Shown: one piece after another, positions 27,296 to 42,170 of the stretch
Numbering within the stretch: the stretch's first letter is position 1
Layout of the letters: every line of letters starts with the position of its first letter
Assembly (NCBI GenBank): GCA_012295275.1
Contig: CM022672.1
Span: 26,040,001-26,104,000 of the forward strand
Direction of reading: 5' to 3'
From: Chrysomallon squamiferum
Lineage: Eukaryota > Animalia > Mollusca
Length of the DNA: 64,000 nucleotides
Notes under the pieces: model-generated
Told to the model about the DNA's origin: nothing
What the model saw: only the letters and a program-made list of their open reading frames with translations
Database searches by the model: none
Translations under genes and position numbers: made by a program

Positions 27296-30200
27296 ATGTC
27301 TAACACAAAGATTTTGTCAGCTCTACCTATACTCGTTTTACTGGGAAGTAAGATTTTTTATTATTGTTATAATTCATTCATTCATCATTCATTCACTATT
27401 TCATTCATTTGTTCACTGATGAAGATGTACTTAAATGTACATGTATTGGTAGGCGTTACCCTGTGATAGAATCAGGTCAGGAACTGAAGATTATACAAAT
27501 GGAAAATCAGTTCACTTGTTTTGCTTACGTAAACGTAGTAAAAATCATAGGTTGAAAAATAAAGATAATAATAATTTAACAGATATTTAGTATTCAGTTT
27601 TCAATAGTAAGAAAGGTGCAGAATCTACTATTTATACCTTACTAAAATTCGTGGAATATCTTTCATACACATTACTACTGGGTGAAAGCTATCTAATTAA
27701 TGTACATTTTAATTATGATATTTGTTTCACATTTTATTTTATATTTTTTCTATTTATTCTATTATATTAAAAATAATTTCACAGCGTTAGAAATATTCGG
27801 TTTAATTAACATTCGTTACGCTGACTGTTATCACCTCGGTTATAGCAAATATCTCGTTGTTTGTTTGTTGATCCTGTAATTATGTACTTCACCAGAGCTG
27901 TATAAAGACAAGTACTTTATTTTAATTCATATCAGCTGCTTTTGGTTATGACGACAAAAACGCATTTGATATCAAGATTTCAACAGATGGATCCTATGAC
28001 ATCCTTGTCAACAAGGTCACGTGGTTACGAAGTGCTCCCACGTTCTTCACGGTGAATGGCAAGATTTACTCTCTTGGAGATAAATCACTAAAAATCAGGT
28101 AATTTTCAAATTAACATTCTTTTTCACTGGTTACGTACATATTGACAACTTCTGGAGTATTCAATAAGTTATTCACAAAAGAAAAACAAGTAGCCAAATA
28201 GAGAGATAGAATCACAGAAAATAGATAGTAATTAAAAAGAGAGACACATACAGAAAGATAGAGGTCAGACTGACAGGCATATATCTGAACAAAACACAAA
28301 ATAAACAAAATCAAAATAGTAAAAGTGTCTATTCCCAAAAATGTAAATTATTATTACTGATGTCGTTGTTGATGATGTTGTTGCTGTTTCTGAAACGAAG
28401 ACGAGTGGTGGCGAGTAGCGGGACAGACAAGTTAGGTCAGTGGCAGGATCTCTGTACTTACTTCACAGCAGATCAAACAAACATCACAGGATGTATCAGA
28501 ACATACCCAGTCAACCCAAACTTACCTGTCGTAATCTTTAAACAGGTAACGTAGACCAGTCTATATTCATCCTTACACTTTATAATTAGTTTTACACCCA
28601 CATTTAAATTATTTAAATTATTTAATAAAACATGAAGATTCAGTAATTTTCTAGATAATGTTTTCAGTAATACGCTGTCTTTAATTAATTAGTGATGTGG
28701 TTTTGACAGCAGCCAGATAAGGTAGTAAGGAGACCTGATATTTCACTCCTCCACCAATCACTTCTTCTGACATTCGTGTCTTGATGTAAAACGTCTCTAT
28801 GGCTTAATATGAGCTTCCACTAAGCCGTGCTTTAAAATTTGCCTAAAGCAGCAGCATTTCCGCATATAGTGACATCAGAGTAGTTTATTTTGTTTTGTTT
28901 TTTCATACATTTTAGTTTTTTGACGACGGTGTGACTGGCGCAAGTTCAAAAAATCCAAACAGTGTCGTGTCAGGTTTTCCCTCATTCAAAGAAACCAGTA
29001 CGTCTGCTTCTCTCGGTTTCTTGTCATTTGGAGGTGATATGTTTGGAGGAAAGGCACCAAAGTATGGCAGGTGAAATTAGAAACAGAGAGAGAGAGAGCT
29101 TTTTCTTTTTTATATTGTTTATACTTTTTTGTTATTATCGTAGTCTCTTAAAATAGTTATAGGAGTAAAATGACACATTTTCATTTATTTTATTTACTTA
29201 ATTATTTATTTATTTATATGTAAATTTTATTTGTACAAACAGATACCAGATATGTAACGTATTAACATCTGACATACATCACATTTGTCCTTATCAAACA
29301 ACAAACTTACCTATGGATAAAATTTTATGTAAAATTAAAGGTGATTCCAGCATTCATTGTGAAGTTTTCTTCTTTTTTCCGTTCAGATGGCCGTCAGAAA
29401 ACTCTAATATTAACAGTGGAATTGAAGGAGGACCTCTGGTTTTGTTTGACACCAGCGGCAACGTCATAATAACAGCTCCATTCTCCGAGTTCATGGCGGC
29501 CAGTCTGTATAGAGATGGCGACAGTTCCAAAGTGAGCTGGGGAATAATGGGTAGCGTGGATCAGATACCAAAAGGATATTTGTATCAGACGATTATGTTT
29601 TATGGCGGTGATGGAATCAATAAGGTAATAACTGAAAAAAAGTAACAAAACAAAAAATACAAACAAAAAAACATTTACATATATATGTCTATACACAGAA
29701 TGTAGTTCCTATTCTCTATACATACAATAGAATAAATTCTTTATATTCTGTTCATAAAACAAATTATTCAATTGTTTGTATATCATCGTTCACAAACTGT
29801 CTTAACTTTGTTTTACATCTGATAACGTTAAAAACCTATACATCATCACATATTAAATACAAATATTTTTAATTGTCTCTGATTTGCTCGTGATTCATTA
29901 TTTAAAAGATAATTTATCCTACAGTTTAATTACTGTTGAATGCTGAAAATGTAGTTAATAATGTAATTTTCAAATTCTCTTTGGTTACCAAATAGCTACC
30001 TTCAATATGTTGGTATTTTATGATTTCCAGGGGTAATTTTGTGGAACTTTCAAAAACACGAGAACCTCCTCAGTTCATTAATTATAAATGAGTTGAAATG
30101 TTTTTATATTTAGATAAAATAAAGAGTTCAGTTTAACTTCAGACTCACTGAAGTAACTGAGTGTTATTTTCAGGCAATGTCAGACTGGGGAAATCTGATG

Positions 30201-32602
30201 AGAAAGTTTTATAACAAAAATCAAGTCTACAGGGACTCGGATCTCACACTCGTTTATCTAGGATACTGGACGGATGGAGGTACATACATTTTAAAGTATT
30301 TCTTCAAATACTTAAATACAATTAGCAGTATCAGAAGTACTAACAATGGAGTAGTAATAGTAACTATATAATTGTAGTTATAGTAGCAGTAATAGTAGTA
30401 GTTGTTGTAGTGGTAATAATAGTAGTAGTCGTAATGTTGGTGGTAATAGTAGTACTAGTAGTTGCAGACGTAATATAGTTGTCATAGTTGTAATAATGGC
30501 AGTAGTTATTGTTGTATCAACAGTAGAAGCAGTATGAATATAATAATATACAAAACAGCAGCAGTAATACACCAGGAACCGTTGTAGAAACAGCACAGGT
30601 ATTAACAGATACAGTAATGATTGAAATATTTTCACAGGCGCTTATTATTATTACAACACGGAACCCAACAAGACGTATGAACAGACAATACTGGATATAA
30701 GAGATTATGCTAATAAATCAAACATACCATACAGGTAAGTCTGTTTTGTATTTTAATGTTTTTTTGTGAGGATGGTTGCGAGGCTTTTCATAATATGTAT
30801 GTTTTAGGACTTATTAGTGTCTCTGTATAAGTGCGTGGGCACGCATGACTATGTGTATGTGTGTATGTGTATTCTAAAACATCCAAACCACAGGTTGAGA
30901 ATCTTTAATCCGAAATTCTTGGGACCGGAGACGTATCGATTTTCAGACGTTTTCGGTGTTTAGAATTATAAGAACCGAGATTGGGAATAGGATCTAACTC
31001 TAAATACGAATTCCATTTATCTTTCATATACAACCTGCATGAATTTCTATATAATTTTGTGCATAAAATAAAGTTAGTGTATGCAAAACAATCCGGAAAC
31101 TGTAAAATATCAATGTTTCGGCTGTTCGGAAAATGTCTCGATTTCTGAACTTTTTGGATTACGAAATTTCGAATAAGAGTTCCTCGGCGTTACATTATTA
31201 TTTTTAGGTTGAGCATCATTTATCTCAAAACCTTCTAATTCGAGTGGCTGAATGGTCGTGGTGGTTTTCGAATTACACATATTCCAATACTACAACACTG
31301 TTATATACAGCTAGCTCCAGCTTTTATATAAACTGTATGTCTTCCCTTTGTCCCTTTATTATGTTTCATAATTATAAGATTCACAGTTGTAATAGCACTA
31401 ATAATTATGTCCTATCTGAAAAGTTAGAAATTAACTTAACATAGAAAATATTTAAAACATGATGTTAAAAAATGTTGAGTATGAAGACGTAGTATATAAC
31501 CTGATTTATTCAGATATGTTCAGTATGACTCGTGGTGGTATTTCAAGGGCCCTGGAGGAGGTGTAAAAACCTGGACACCAATGCCGGATCTGATACCTGA
31601 CGGTTTTCAGTGAGTTAATTGTTGTTTTAACTAGCTAAAATAACATTTGACTTTTATTCTGTCTGCCTTATTCTTAAAACACACAGATGTTCATACACAC
31701 ATTATTATTAGTTCACTTGCTACCGGGTACCTATAGATTTATCGCGGTAAATTTTATTCTTATCAAAAAGTAGAAAAAGTAGTAGTAGTAGACGACGATT
31801 TCATTATTTCCGTTATATTGTGGAATATCACTGTATATAATATATATACACACATACATACATACATGCATGCATACAAATATACATACATATGCATGCA
31901 TGCATACATACATACATACATACATACAATATATATATATATTTCAGACAAGTATATGATAAAACAGGCTGGCCAGCTTCAGCACATAATCGATGGTGGT
32001 AAGTGATTTTTATCTGTTTGCTCATTTATAATAACTGGATAATAATAAGTATCATTTGAAAATGTATCTATATTTTCATATACGTAACTCATAATATTAA
32101 TATAAGTAAAACTAAAAGAAACTATAGTATTGTTGGGTACGTGGGAGTTTTCTCCTTTTGTTGGGAGGGAATATTTTCTCTTTTTGTTGGGAGGGAATAT
32201 TTTCACTTTTTGTTGGGAGGGAATATTTTCACTTTTTTGTGGGGCTGGGTTGAGTGGTTTGATTTTAATTTTTATTATTATATTGGTTGTTGTTGTTGTT
32301 GTCATCGACTGTTTTTTTTTTTGTGCAGGTCTCCAAAAACGACGTATGCAAAGCAAAATGGCGGAATGTTTGATTTTATTGTAGAAAAAAAGAAAGCCAT
32401 TCCAGTCGAAGAGGCTAGTTCCATAAATCAATTGTTAACTAATCTATAATTTGAAATTATTATTATTTAAATAAATTAGTGTGGGGGGGTGTGGGTTTTT
32501 TTGTGAAATGCTGGTTCATCACTAATCATATTTTTTTTCATTTATCAATTATTACTTAATAATTTATTTGTTTGTTTCTTGCATTTCATTATAAACGCTA
32601 TA

Positions 32603-32653
<51 letters not shown>

Positions 32654-33661
32654 TACATTAACTGTTTGTTAATAATATTTTCTTATTTACTTTTCAGGCA
32701 TTTTGGGACTATTTATTTGACACTTCCCGAAAATGGGGATTAGTTACGTATGAACAAGTAAATATATAGCTTTTAATCAGTTAATGTTCTCAAATATTAA
32801 TAGTCTAATTTTTTTTTTTTTTTTTTTTTTTTGCCTAACAGTAGTGTTATCGGTTTTTGTACAGAGAGTAATAAAAAGGGGGTAGAAAACGCACATAAAT
32901 TCTTCTTCATCCGCCCTTTGTATTAATTTCTTTTTCCAATCAATTCCTGACTAGAGTGTTAAAAGCATAATATGTTTGGTTGTTAATAGTCAACTTTAAT
33001 TAATACAAAACAAATATTTATTCAGTAATTTATTATTTCTAGGACTGGTTAGACGTAGAATTTGCAGGTCTCAATGCCACATTAACAGATATTCATCTAG
33101 GCAGAACCTGGCTCTTGCAAATGGGTCGTGCAGCAAGGAAGAACGGTTTGACTATTCAGTACTGCATGTCTTTACCACGTCAAGCCATGCAAAGTCTCGA
33201 GATTCCCGCCGTTACGCAGGTAAGTAAACGTGTCAGTGATTGGTCGAAATGACTTATACATTGTCCAATAGAATTTAGTCTGCTGAAGTCTGCTGAAGCA
33301 ATATATTCATTTAAAAAATAGATTATGGTGATGGAAAATATAATAAATTATTTGATAAGAAGGCATTTTAACAACATCGCGTAAAAATAAGTTTTATATT
33401 ATTTACTTTAAAAGTTAATATCAGAAATATTTCTCCCTGTAGGCACGTGTTAGTGATGATTACAGAGCAGGCGGTGAACAGTGGAAGATTGGCGTAATCT
33501 CGATGTTTGCTGAAGCAATGGGAATAGCTCCTTTTAAAGACACTTTCTGGACCACAAAGGACCAACCTGGAAACAAATACCGTAATTAATTTATATTTAT
33601 ATATAATATTTTCTTTTGTTATGTGCTTCCAGTTTTAATGAATTTATATTATATTATAATA

Positions 33662-33705
<44 letters not shown>

Positions 33706-35565
33706 CTAAGGACTGAAAGAGCCGAATTCAGAACTGCAAGTTACCGTAGCAACGCTCAGCACGGGTCCGGTTGGTCCTAGTGATATGATTGGTCGTACTA
33801 ATATCTCGCTATTAATGACGTAAGTTTTGTTATTTAAATATTTATATCACGGCCTAAATACAAGTAACAGACCAACAGATATATCGTCTTATTTACCTGT
33901 ACATCATTTTAATTAATTTACTAACACACTGACTTAATATTGAAAAAGGGGGGAAAAATAGAAATAGAAGATGAAAGACAGTTGGATTGTGTGCTTCGTC
34001 AGTATAGATAAGTACGTGAAATTCAATGGCGTAACCTATTTTTTTAAAACAGATGTTGCAATGCGGATGGAATGATTCTGAAACCTTCAAAGCCTGCTAT
34101 GGCTATTGATAGTCAAATAATTGAGGTAAGTTTTCCAACATCATTTTTGATGTTTATGCTAACTGTTTTAGACATAACTTAGACAGACGTCTAATCAAAT
34201 GTATGACCTGCTTACTTAAAATTATATCAGCAGTGCAGCTTTAGAAAGTACCGTTTTAAACATAAATGTTTTCTAACTGGAATGATAATCAAAGCATTTT
34301 TTTTTTGTTTCTTTAAGACTGATTATTATTTTAATATTTTCAGTCTAATTAAACTACATGTATTATATGTCTTTTTAAGTCTGCCTTCAAGGACGGTTCA
34401 GGACCTAAAGGAGAAGTGTACACAACTTACAGCAGGATAGGAAACTACGTGTTTGGTATTATTCTTGGTGTCGCGCTAGCAGACGATTACAATCTCACTC
34501 CTCTAAAAGCTGGCTTCAGTTTTGTAAGATATAATATTATCAGTTTTTTTTGTTGTTGATAAACACATGGCCTATTTCTTATCTTCGTTTTTAGTGAACA
34601 AGCCAGAAAAGAAGTTCTCTTTTTACATATTCATCTTAGATTAAACATAATGAATAAAACAAAAATTATTAAAATGGGAGCAACTTTGATTTGTTGGGCT
34701 TATTTTATAATGGACATCCTTTAGTATTTGAAAAGGATTGCTTTGAGTGACTAAAAAATAAACTACATACCTGGTAAATTTCTCCTATTAATAGATTTAT
34801 TTTAATAATATTGTATTATTCACAATTTTTATTCAAAGTTTTGTTTTAGTTCCAACCAGATGTAGTTTTTGAAAGATCCAGAAGCCACGGAACACAACTA
34901 ATGAAGTTTGGTGATGATTTTCCTCTCAAGTTGACCTCGTCCTGTGCTAGAGATAACATCTGTCTTTACTACACCAGTCCACCTTTAATACTGAGGTATA
35001 ACTTTAATAACGTGGCAGTAAATTATCTTATCTTTTCAACTTATTAATTTTTTCTTCTGATTTTTAACAACACTACAGCACTGAAAAGAGAGATAGTTCT
35101 TAAAATAAAAAAGTACGTAAAAACATGTCGATTTTTTACCTGGTAAAACTCCATTTTTTTATTTTTGTTTTTATTTGTTTTTATTTGTGTTTTTTATTTA
35201 GGTGTGTTAAAATCAGTTCTCACTATAATATATATAATTTTTATTTTGTTGTTGTTTTATTTCGACATTTGTTTTTCTTTTCTTTTATTGTTATTATTGT
35301 TTTGTTTGACACAATTCTTTACAGTTCGAGTGGAAGTAAAATATACATTTACGGAGAGGAAAATAAAGTGGTTCCAGTTTCACCACAAAGAGTAACATCT
35401 ATATCTGTAGGAAGTGACGTGCTGGTGACAGTGAAGGGAGCCATCAACGAGGACGTCACTTTTGCCTTCATACAAAACAACAACTACTTCCCAGTGTCAT
35501 GTAACCTTGGTGATTCGGGAACCGCCATTATTAGTTTTCCTGAACAAACTTGTCAAAACATATGA
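27296..35565 (+). CDS. GH-D-like secreted protein, copy 2 (intact)
   Basis: Exons 27296-27347, 27936-28098, 28401-28545, 28916-29070, 29387-29624, 30174-30279, 30638-30734, 31514-31609, 31948-31998, 32329-32413, 32698-32757, 33043-33219, 33443-33581, 33711-33819, 34053-34125, 34380-34523, 34850-34995, 35325-35565. All exon lengths equal copy 1 and no stops were seen. Motifs YEQDWLDVEF and RVSDDY. Confidence 0.88.
30891..31190 (+). mobile_element. Tigger4/MER46-like MITE in intron 7 of copy 2
   Basis: Starts CAGGTTGAGAATCTTTAATCCGAAATTCTTGGGACCGGA, ends with a degenerate complementary terminus (...tttcgaataagagttcctcggcgt|ta), and is absent from the other copies. The family assignment is from recalled consensus. 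Confidence 0.7.
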
Positions 35566-36409
35566 CATGATAGTTTTTACAATACATACTAGTACATGAA
35601 GCTGATCAGTACGAAATAAAAAGTCTACATACTATATTAAATAAAACAAACAGCTTCTGAAATCTTAGTATATACACTTAGTATATACTGTAAAGTGTAA
35701 GATGTAAATGTACTTATTTTAGAATTATAACAATTACTGAAGAATAAATAAATATGATGTCGAAGCTCTGTTTTCGTTTATGGTTTTATTATTATTATTA
35801 TATTGTTTAAGGGTTGTTGTTTTTGTTGTTGTTTTGAGGGGGTTTTGATTTTTCTCTACTTCTTATTCCTTTTTGTTTTCTTTTATTTCTTTGTTTTAGA
35901 TTTTATTTTATTTATTTCATTTATTAGTTTTTTTCCATGTTTTCAAGTTCACTTTCATGGTTTTTTTTCTTTTCTTACGTACGTTTTATATATATATATG
36001 TATGTATAATTTTATTTTATTTTATTTTATTTTGCTTTTCTTATTGTTATTGTTTTGTGTGTTGGGGGTCTATGACTACTGAATGTTAGATATGAAACTA
36101 CACTTCAAAAAGTGACAAATAAAATAAACCAATTGTCAGACCAACCTTATTAACATGACTCGTATCATAATGAACTGTCTACATAACGTATTTTCTACTA
36201 ATATTAATATCTAACATTTTGCGATTTTACCGACCTACATTAAGGCTTAAAAAGAACACACAAGAAAAATATACAAAAAAACAACAACAACAGCCTACTA
36301 ATCTAGAGGGCGCAGTGACACAGACTAAAGGTTTTAATTTTATTTATCTCTGCTTGCACAGCTCTTGCTCTGAACTCGGTTCTCACCTTGACTGTAATTA
36401 CTGGCCTAG

Positions 36410-38137
36410 ATGTCTAAAACAAAGTTTCTGGTGGCTCTTCCTATCCTAATTTTACTGGGAAGTAAGATTTTATTTATTATTCGGTCATTCATTCACTTAT
36501 TTTTCATTCATTATTTCATTCGTTTGTTCACTGTCGCACATTTGAATGTACATGTATTGGCAGGCGTTACACTATGATAAAATCAGGTCAGTTAAACTGA
36601 CAGGCTAAAAAAAAAAAAAAAAAGAACAATTCGATTTTAAAAGATATTTAGTATCTTTCCATATCCTTCAGACGGTTATGGCCCGCGAAGTCGATAACTT
36701 CTATAAATGATCTTAAAATTATGTCTGCTTAGTGGGACAAGCTGAAATGTACCAGTGCGTATCTGTCGATGTCCCCGGTACTCGTTAATTGCCGTTTTAC
36801 CTGGTTGACGGTGTGCACAGTCAATAGGTAACAACGAGATGATACAGTACCGCAGCTATTACTACTACTACTACAATTATTACTACAATTCAATTTCTGT
36901 TCAGTTTATTTTTTGCCAAAGTCAGCGTAACTATAAACACAAGACAGACAAGAATACAGTTAGAAAACAAAAACAGTTGTATAATACGTTACAGTATACA
37001 AACACAGGAATAAAAAATTTAAACGTAAGAATTAGGATAATAAAAATACAAACATATAGTTGTTATATATATATATATATATATATGTAGTTACAAATTA
37101 ATATTATATATTTATCAAAATTCCTTAAAGTTTTTTTTATTTTTTGAAAACAAAAGATTGATTATGTTAAAAGTAGATGGTCTTAAATACAAATGTTCCA
37201 TCTGGTAATACAACATCAGCATCACACAACAGCTCCAAGTTCTTGTCAGTTGTGAAGATCAGTATTAGGTCTCCTCCTTCAACTCTGTGTAGAAAAGGAT
37301 CTCCTACATCGGTGAGGTTCCTCTCTCCTTCTAAACTGATATCCTGTCTTGTCTGGGGTAGTCAGGGTAGGGTTTTGTGTCGCTGTCGGTATAGTATCGT
37401 CTTAATGGCACTAAATCTCGGCTAACAATCAGTTAGGAACAAAGTCGTGGTTTTTCCTGAGATTGGAAATCTCCTCGGCGTAAATGTTAGGAATTGGCGT
37501 TGTTTCCAGTTTAGCTCGGTCCATGACTTTCACCTTGAACGTATCAACATGCTTAATAAATGGCACCGCCGCGTGATTGTGCTGTATCTGGTCTGCCATC
37601 CGGAGCATGATGTCCACAGTCACAACGTAGGCTGTGCATTGCGACGTAGTACACCTCCAGTCAATTTTCTCTCCACACTTTCCTAAACTTGTGCTGGTTG
37701 TAATACAAATTTCGTCCGCCTATTAACATGTCGATAAAAGTCACTCTAAACAGTGCAGCTGCCATAAGGTTAAACGTGAAATAGTTTTCCATTTTGACAT
37801 AGAACTTTGTATAGATTAAACCGGGAAAAGAACCAATGTATAAGTGCCTGCTCAGTATAAGAGAAAGATAAATTTACTACCCAAAACAGTAATTTGGTAG
37901 AGCATAATACGAGCAAATAAACAAAAAACAAAAACACACAGGTACCTACTCTATTAATGGAAGCCTAATTACAAATTCTACCCAGGACAGTAATCTCTTA
38001 ACATTCTACTTCAGGGTTGTCATCTTGTTGTTAACAAAAAAGGCGTCTCGTATGGCATAAAACCTACCAAGTTATTTTTTATTTTAATTATTATTTCATA
38101 CTTTACTTTATTATCATCATCATCATCATCATCATCA

Positions 38138-38172
<35 letters not shown>

Positions 38173-40076
38173 TACTATTTATTCATCGACTACTTAGTAT
38201 ATTAAAAATAATTTCACAGCGTTAGAAATATTCGGTCTAATTAACATTCTTTACGCTGACTGTTATCACCTCGGTTATGGCAAATATCTCGTTGTTTGTT
38301 TGTTGATCCTGTGATTATGTACTTCACCAGAGCTGTATAAAGACAAGCACTTTATTTTAATTGATCTTAGCGGGTTTTGGTTATGACGACAAAAACGCAT
38401 TTGATATCAAGATCTCAACAGACGGGACATACAACATCCTTGTCAACAAGGTCACGTGGTTACAAAGTGCTCCCACGTTCTTCAGGGTGAATGGCAAGAT
38501 TTACTCTCTTGGAGACAAATCACTAAAAATCAGGTAATTTTAAATTAAATTTCTTATTACTAGTTATGTACATGTTGACAATTAATGGAAAATTCACTAA
38601 GATATTCTCAAAAGACAGGCACAGAGACAGAATGACAGACAACAGACAGTTAATAAACACAGATATACAAACAGAGACAGGCAGATATCGAATAAAACAG
38701 AAGGTAAACAATTAAAATCTCGTAAAATCAAAATAGTAAAAATAATGTTTATTCCAAAAAATGCAATGTATTATTATTGATGTCATTGTTGATGATGTTA
38801 TTGTTGTTTCTGAAACGAAGACGAGTGGTGGCGAGTAGCGGGACAGACAAGTTAGGTCAGTGGCAGGATCTCTGTACTTACTTCACAGCAGATCAAACAA
38901 ACATCACAGGATGTATCAGAACATACCCAGTCAACCCACACTTACCTGTCGTAATCTTTAAACAGGTAACGTAGACCAGTCTACATTCATCCTTACACTT
39001 TATAATTAGTTACACCCACATTTAAATTATTTAATTATTTGATACAAAACATGAAGATTCAGTAATTTTCTAGATTATGTTTTCAGCAATACGCTGCCTT
39101 TAATTAATTAGTGATGTGGTTTTGACAGCAGCCAAATAAGGTAGTAAGGAGACCTGATATTTCACTCCTCCACCAATCACTTCTTCTGACATTCATGTCT
39201 TGATGTAAAACGTCTCTATGGCTTAATATGAGCTTCCACTAAGCCGTACTTTAAAATTTGCCTAAAGCAGCAGCACTTTCACAAAATAGTGACATCAAAG
39301 TAGGTTTTTTTTTTTTTTTTCATACATTTTAGTTTTTTGACGACGGTGTGACTGGTGCCAGTTCAGGAAATCTAAACACTCTCGTGTCAGGTTTTCCCTC
39401 ATTCAAAGAAACCAGTACGTCTGCTTCTCTCGGGTTCTTGTCATTTGGAGGTTATCTGTTTGGAGGAACGCCAACAAATTTTGGCAGGTGAAACTGGAAA
39501 CGTAGATAGAGAGAGAGAGAGCTGTTTTATACTTTATTATCAGCAATGATTAGAAACTATAAAAATATTTATACTATTTTTTATGTTCCACTTATCGTAG
39601 ACTCTTAAAAAGTTATCGGAGTAAAACGACACATTTTCATTTATTTTATTTATTTTATTATTTATTTATGTTTACATTTTATTTATACAAACAAATTCCA
39701 AATATATATCATATTATAATATCTGACATATTTCACATATAACATTATGATTTCCTACGGATAGAATTTTATTTAAAATTAAAATATTTATCGTGAAGTA
39801 TTTCTCTTTTTTCCGTTGAGATGGCCGTCAGAAAACTCTAATATTAACAGTGGAATTGAAGGAGGACCTCTGGTTTTGTTTGACACCAGCGGCAACGTCA
39901 TAATAACAGCTCCATTCTCCGAGTTCATGGCGGCCAGTCTGTGTAGAGATGGCGACAGTTCCAAAGTGAGCTGGGGAATAATGGGCAGCGTGGATCAGAT
40001 ACCTAAAGGATATTTGTATCAGACGATTATGTTTTATGGCGGTGATGGAATCAATAAGGTAATAATTAAATTGAAG

Positions 40077-40107
<31 letters not shown>

Positions 40108-41498
40108 CTGTAATGGAAAGCAGTTGTGTAATCTACGTAATTAAAATAATTGAAATTAGTATTTGAAAACATCAAATTTCTATCTGTCTACATGGAATTT
40201 AGTAAAAATGATTTTATGTTTAGATAAAATAAAGATTCATTTAACTTCAGTCTCACTGAAATAAATAAGTCTTATTTTTAGGCAATATCAGACTGGGGAA
40301 ATCTGATGAGAAAGTTTTATAACAAAAATCAAGTCTACAGAGACTCAGATCTCACACTCGTTTATCTAGGATACTGGACAGACGGAGGTATACACATTTT
40401 TCAGTATTTCTTCAACTGTTTGAATACAATTGGTAATAGCAGTAGATTAGCAATGGAGTATTAATAGTAGCTTTATGTAATAGCAGCAGTAGTAGTAGAA
40501 GTTGTTGTGTAGTAGTTGAAGCAGCAGTAGCAGTAGTAGTAGTAGTAGTAATAGAAGTAGAAGGTAGTAGAAATAGTAGTAAAAGTAATATAGTCGTCAT
40601 GGTTGTAATAATGGTGATAGCAGATTATAATAGAAACAAAAAAAACAATAATAGTACTAGTAACCATAGAAGAAATAGTATAGGTTTTAACAAAAGTAGT
40701 AATTGTTGAAATATTTTCACAGGCGCTTACTATTATTACAACACAGAACCCAACAAGACGTATGAACAGACAATACTGGATATAAGAGATTATGCTGATA
40801 AATCGAACATACCTTACAGGTAAAAATAAAGCATCTAACCAATTCGTTTTTCTTTTTTTCATCTGGGTGGTGGCGAGGATTCTCGGGTGTTTATTTCTGA
40901 CGTCTGGATGCCTGTTTGTGTGCGTACTGAATATGTGTCTGTGGTCTAAAGCATCAACAACACTAATTTCAGCGTCGCCTTATTAAGATAGGTGAACATC
41001 CCTTATCAGAACGCATGCAAATTTGAATCGTTCTTGTCGATAGATCTGGTCTGATGATTCGGCATACATTCTATATATTGCTACAACATTGCTATATATA
41101 GTTACTTCCAACCTTTATGTAAACTGTATATTTTGATTTTTTTTGTCCTCACCTCGAACTTTTCATTATATTCCATACTTACAAGACTCACAGCTGTAAT
41201 AGCACTAATAAGTATGTCGTATCGGAAACGTTAAAAATTAACTGTACATCGAAAATATTCAAAACATGATGCTAAAAGAGAATGTTATGAGTATGAAGAC
41301 GCAGTATATAAATTGTTTTATTCAGATATGTTCAGTATGACTCGTGGTGGTATTTCAAGGGATCTGGACGAGGTGTAAAAACCTGGACACCAATGCCGGA
41401 TGTGATACCCGATGGTTTTCAGTGAGTTAGCTGTTGTTTAAAATAATATATTAATAAGTCTCCATACAGTTAAATAAAACAATAAAAATATAAAAGTC

Positions 41499-41549
<51 letters not shown>

Positions 41550-41595
41550 GTAGTAGTAACAATAGTATAGCGGCAGTAGGAGCAGTAGCAGTAGC

Positions 41596-41639
<44 letters not shown>

Positions 41640-42118
41640 CGTATGTATATAATATTGTCAAATATCACTGTATATATATATATATATTTCAGACAAGTAT
41701 ATGATAAAACAGGCTGGCCTGCTTCAGCACATAATGGATGGTGGTAAGTGATTTTTATCTGTTTGTTGATATAACATGATAACAACAAGTATCGCTTCAA
41801 AATATATCTGTATATTCATATACGTAAAATATCGGATGAGAAAAATATAAGAAACTGTCGAGTTTTCTCTAGTCAAGGTGGGTTGTGTGGGTTTGTTTTT
41901 GTTATTATGTCTGTTGCTGTTTGTTATTGTTATTGATGTTGTTCCTGCTGTAATGCCTTTTTTTTTTCTGTGCAGGTCTCCAAAAACGACGTATGCAAAG
42001 CAAAATGGCGGAATGTTTGATTTTATTGTAGAAAAAAAAATGGCCATTCCAGTCGAAGAGGTTGGTTCCACAAATCATTTTTTTACTAATTCATAATTTG
42101 AAATATTTAATTTATTTA

Positions 42119-42170
<52 letters not shown>

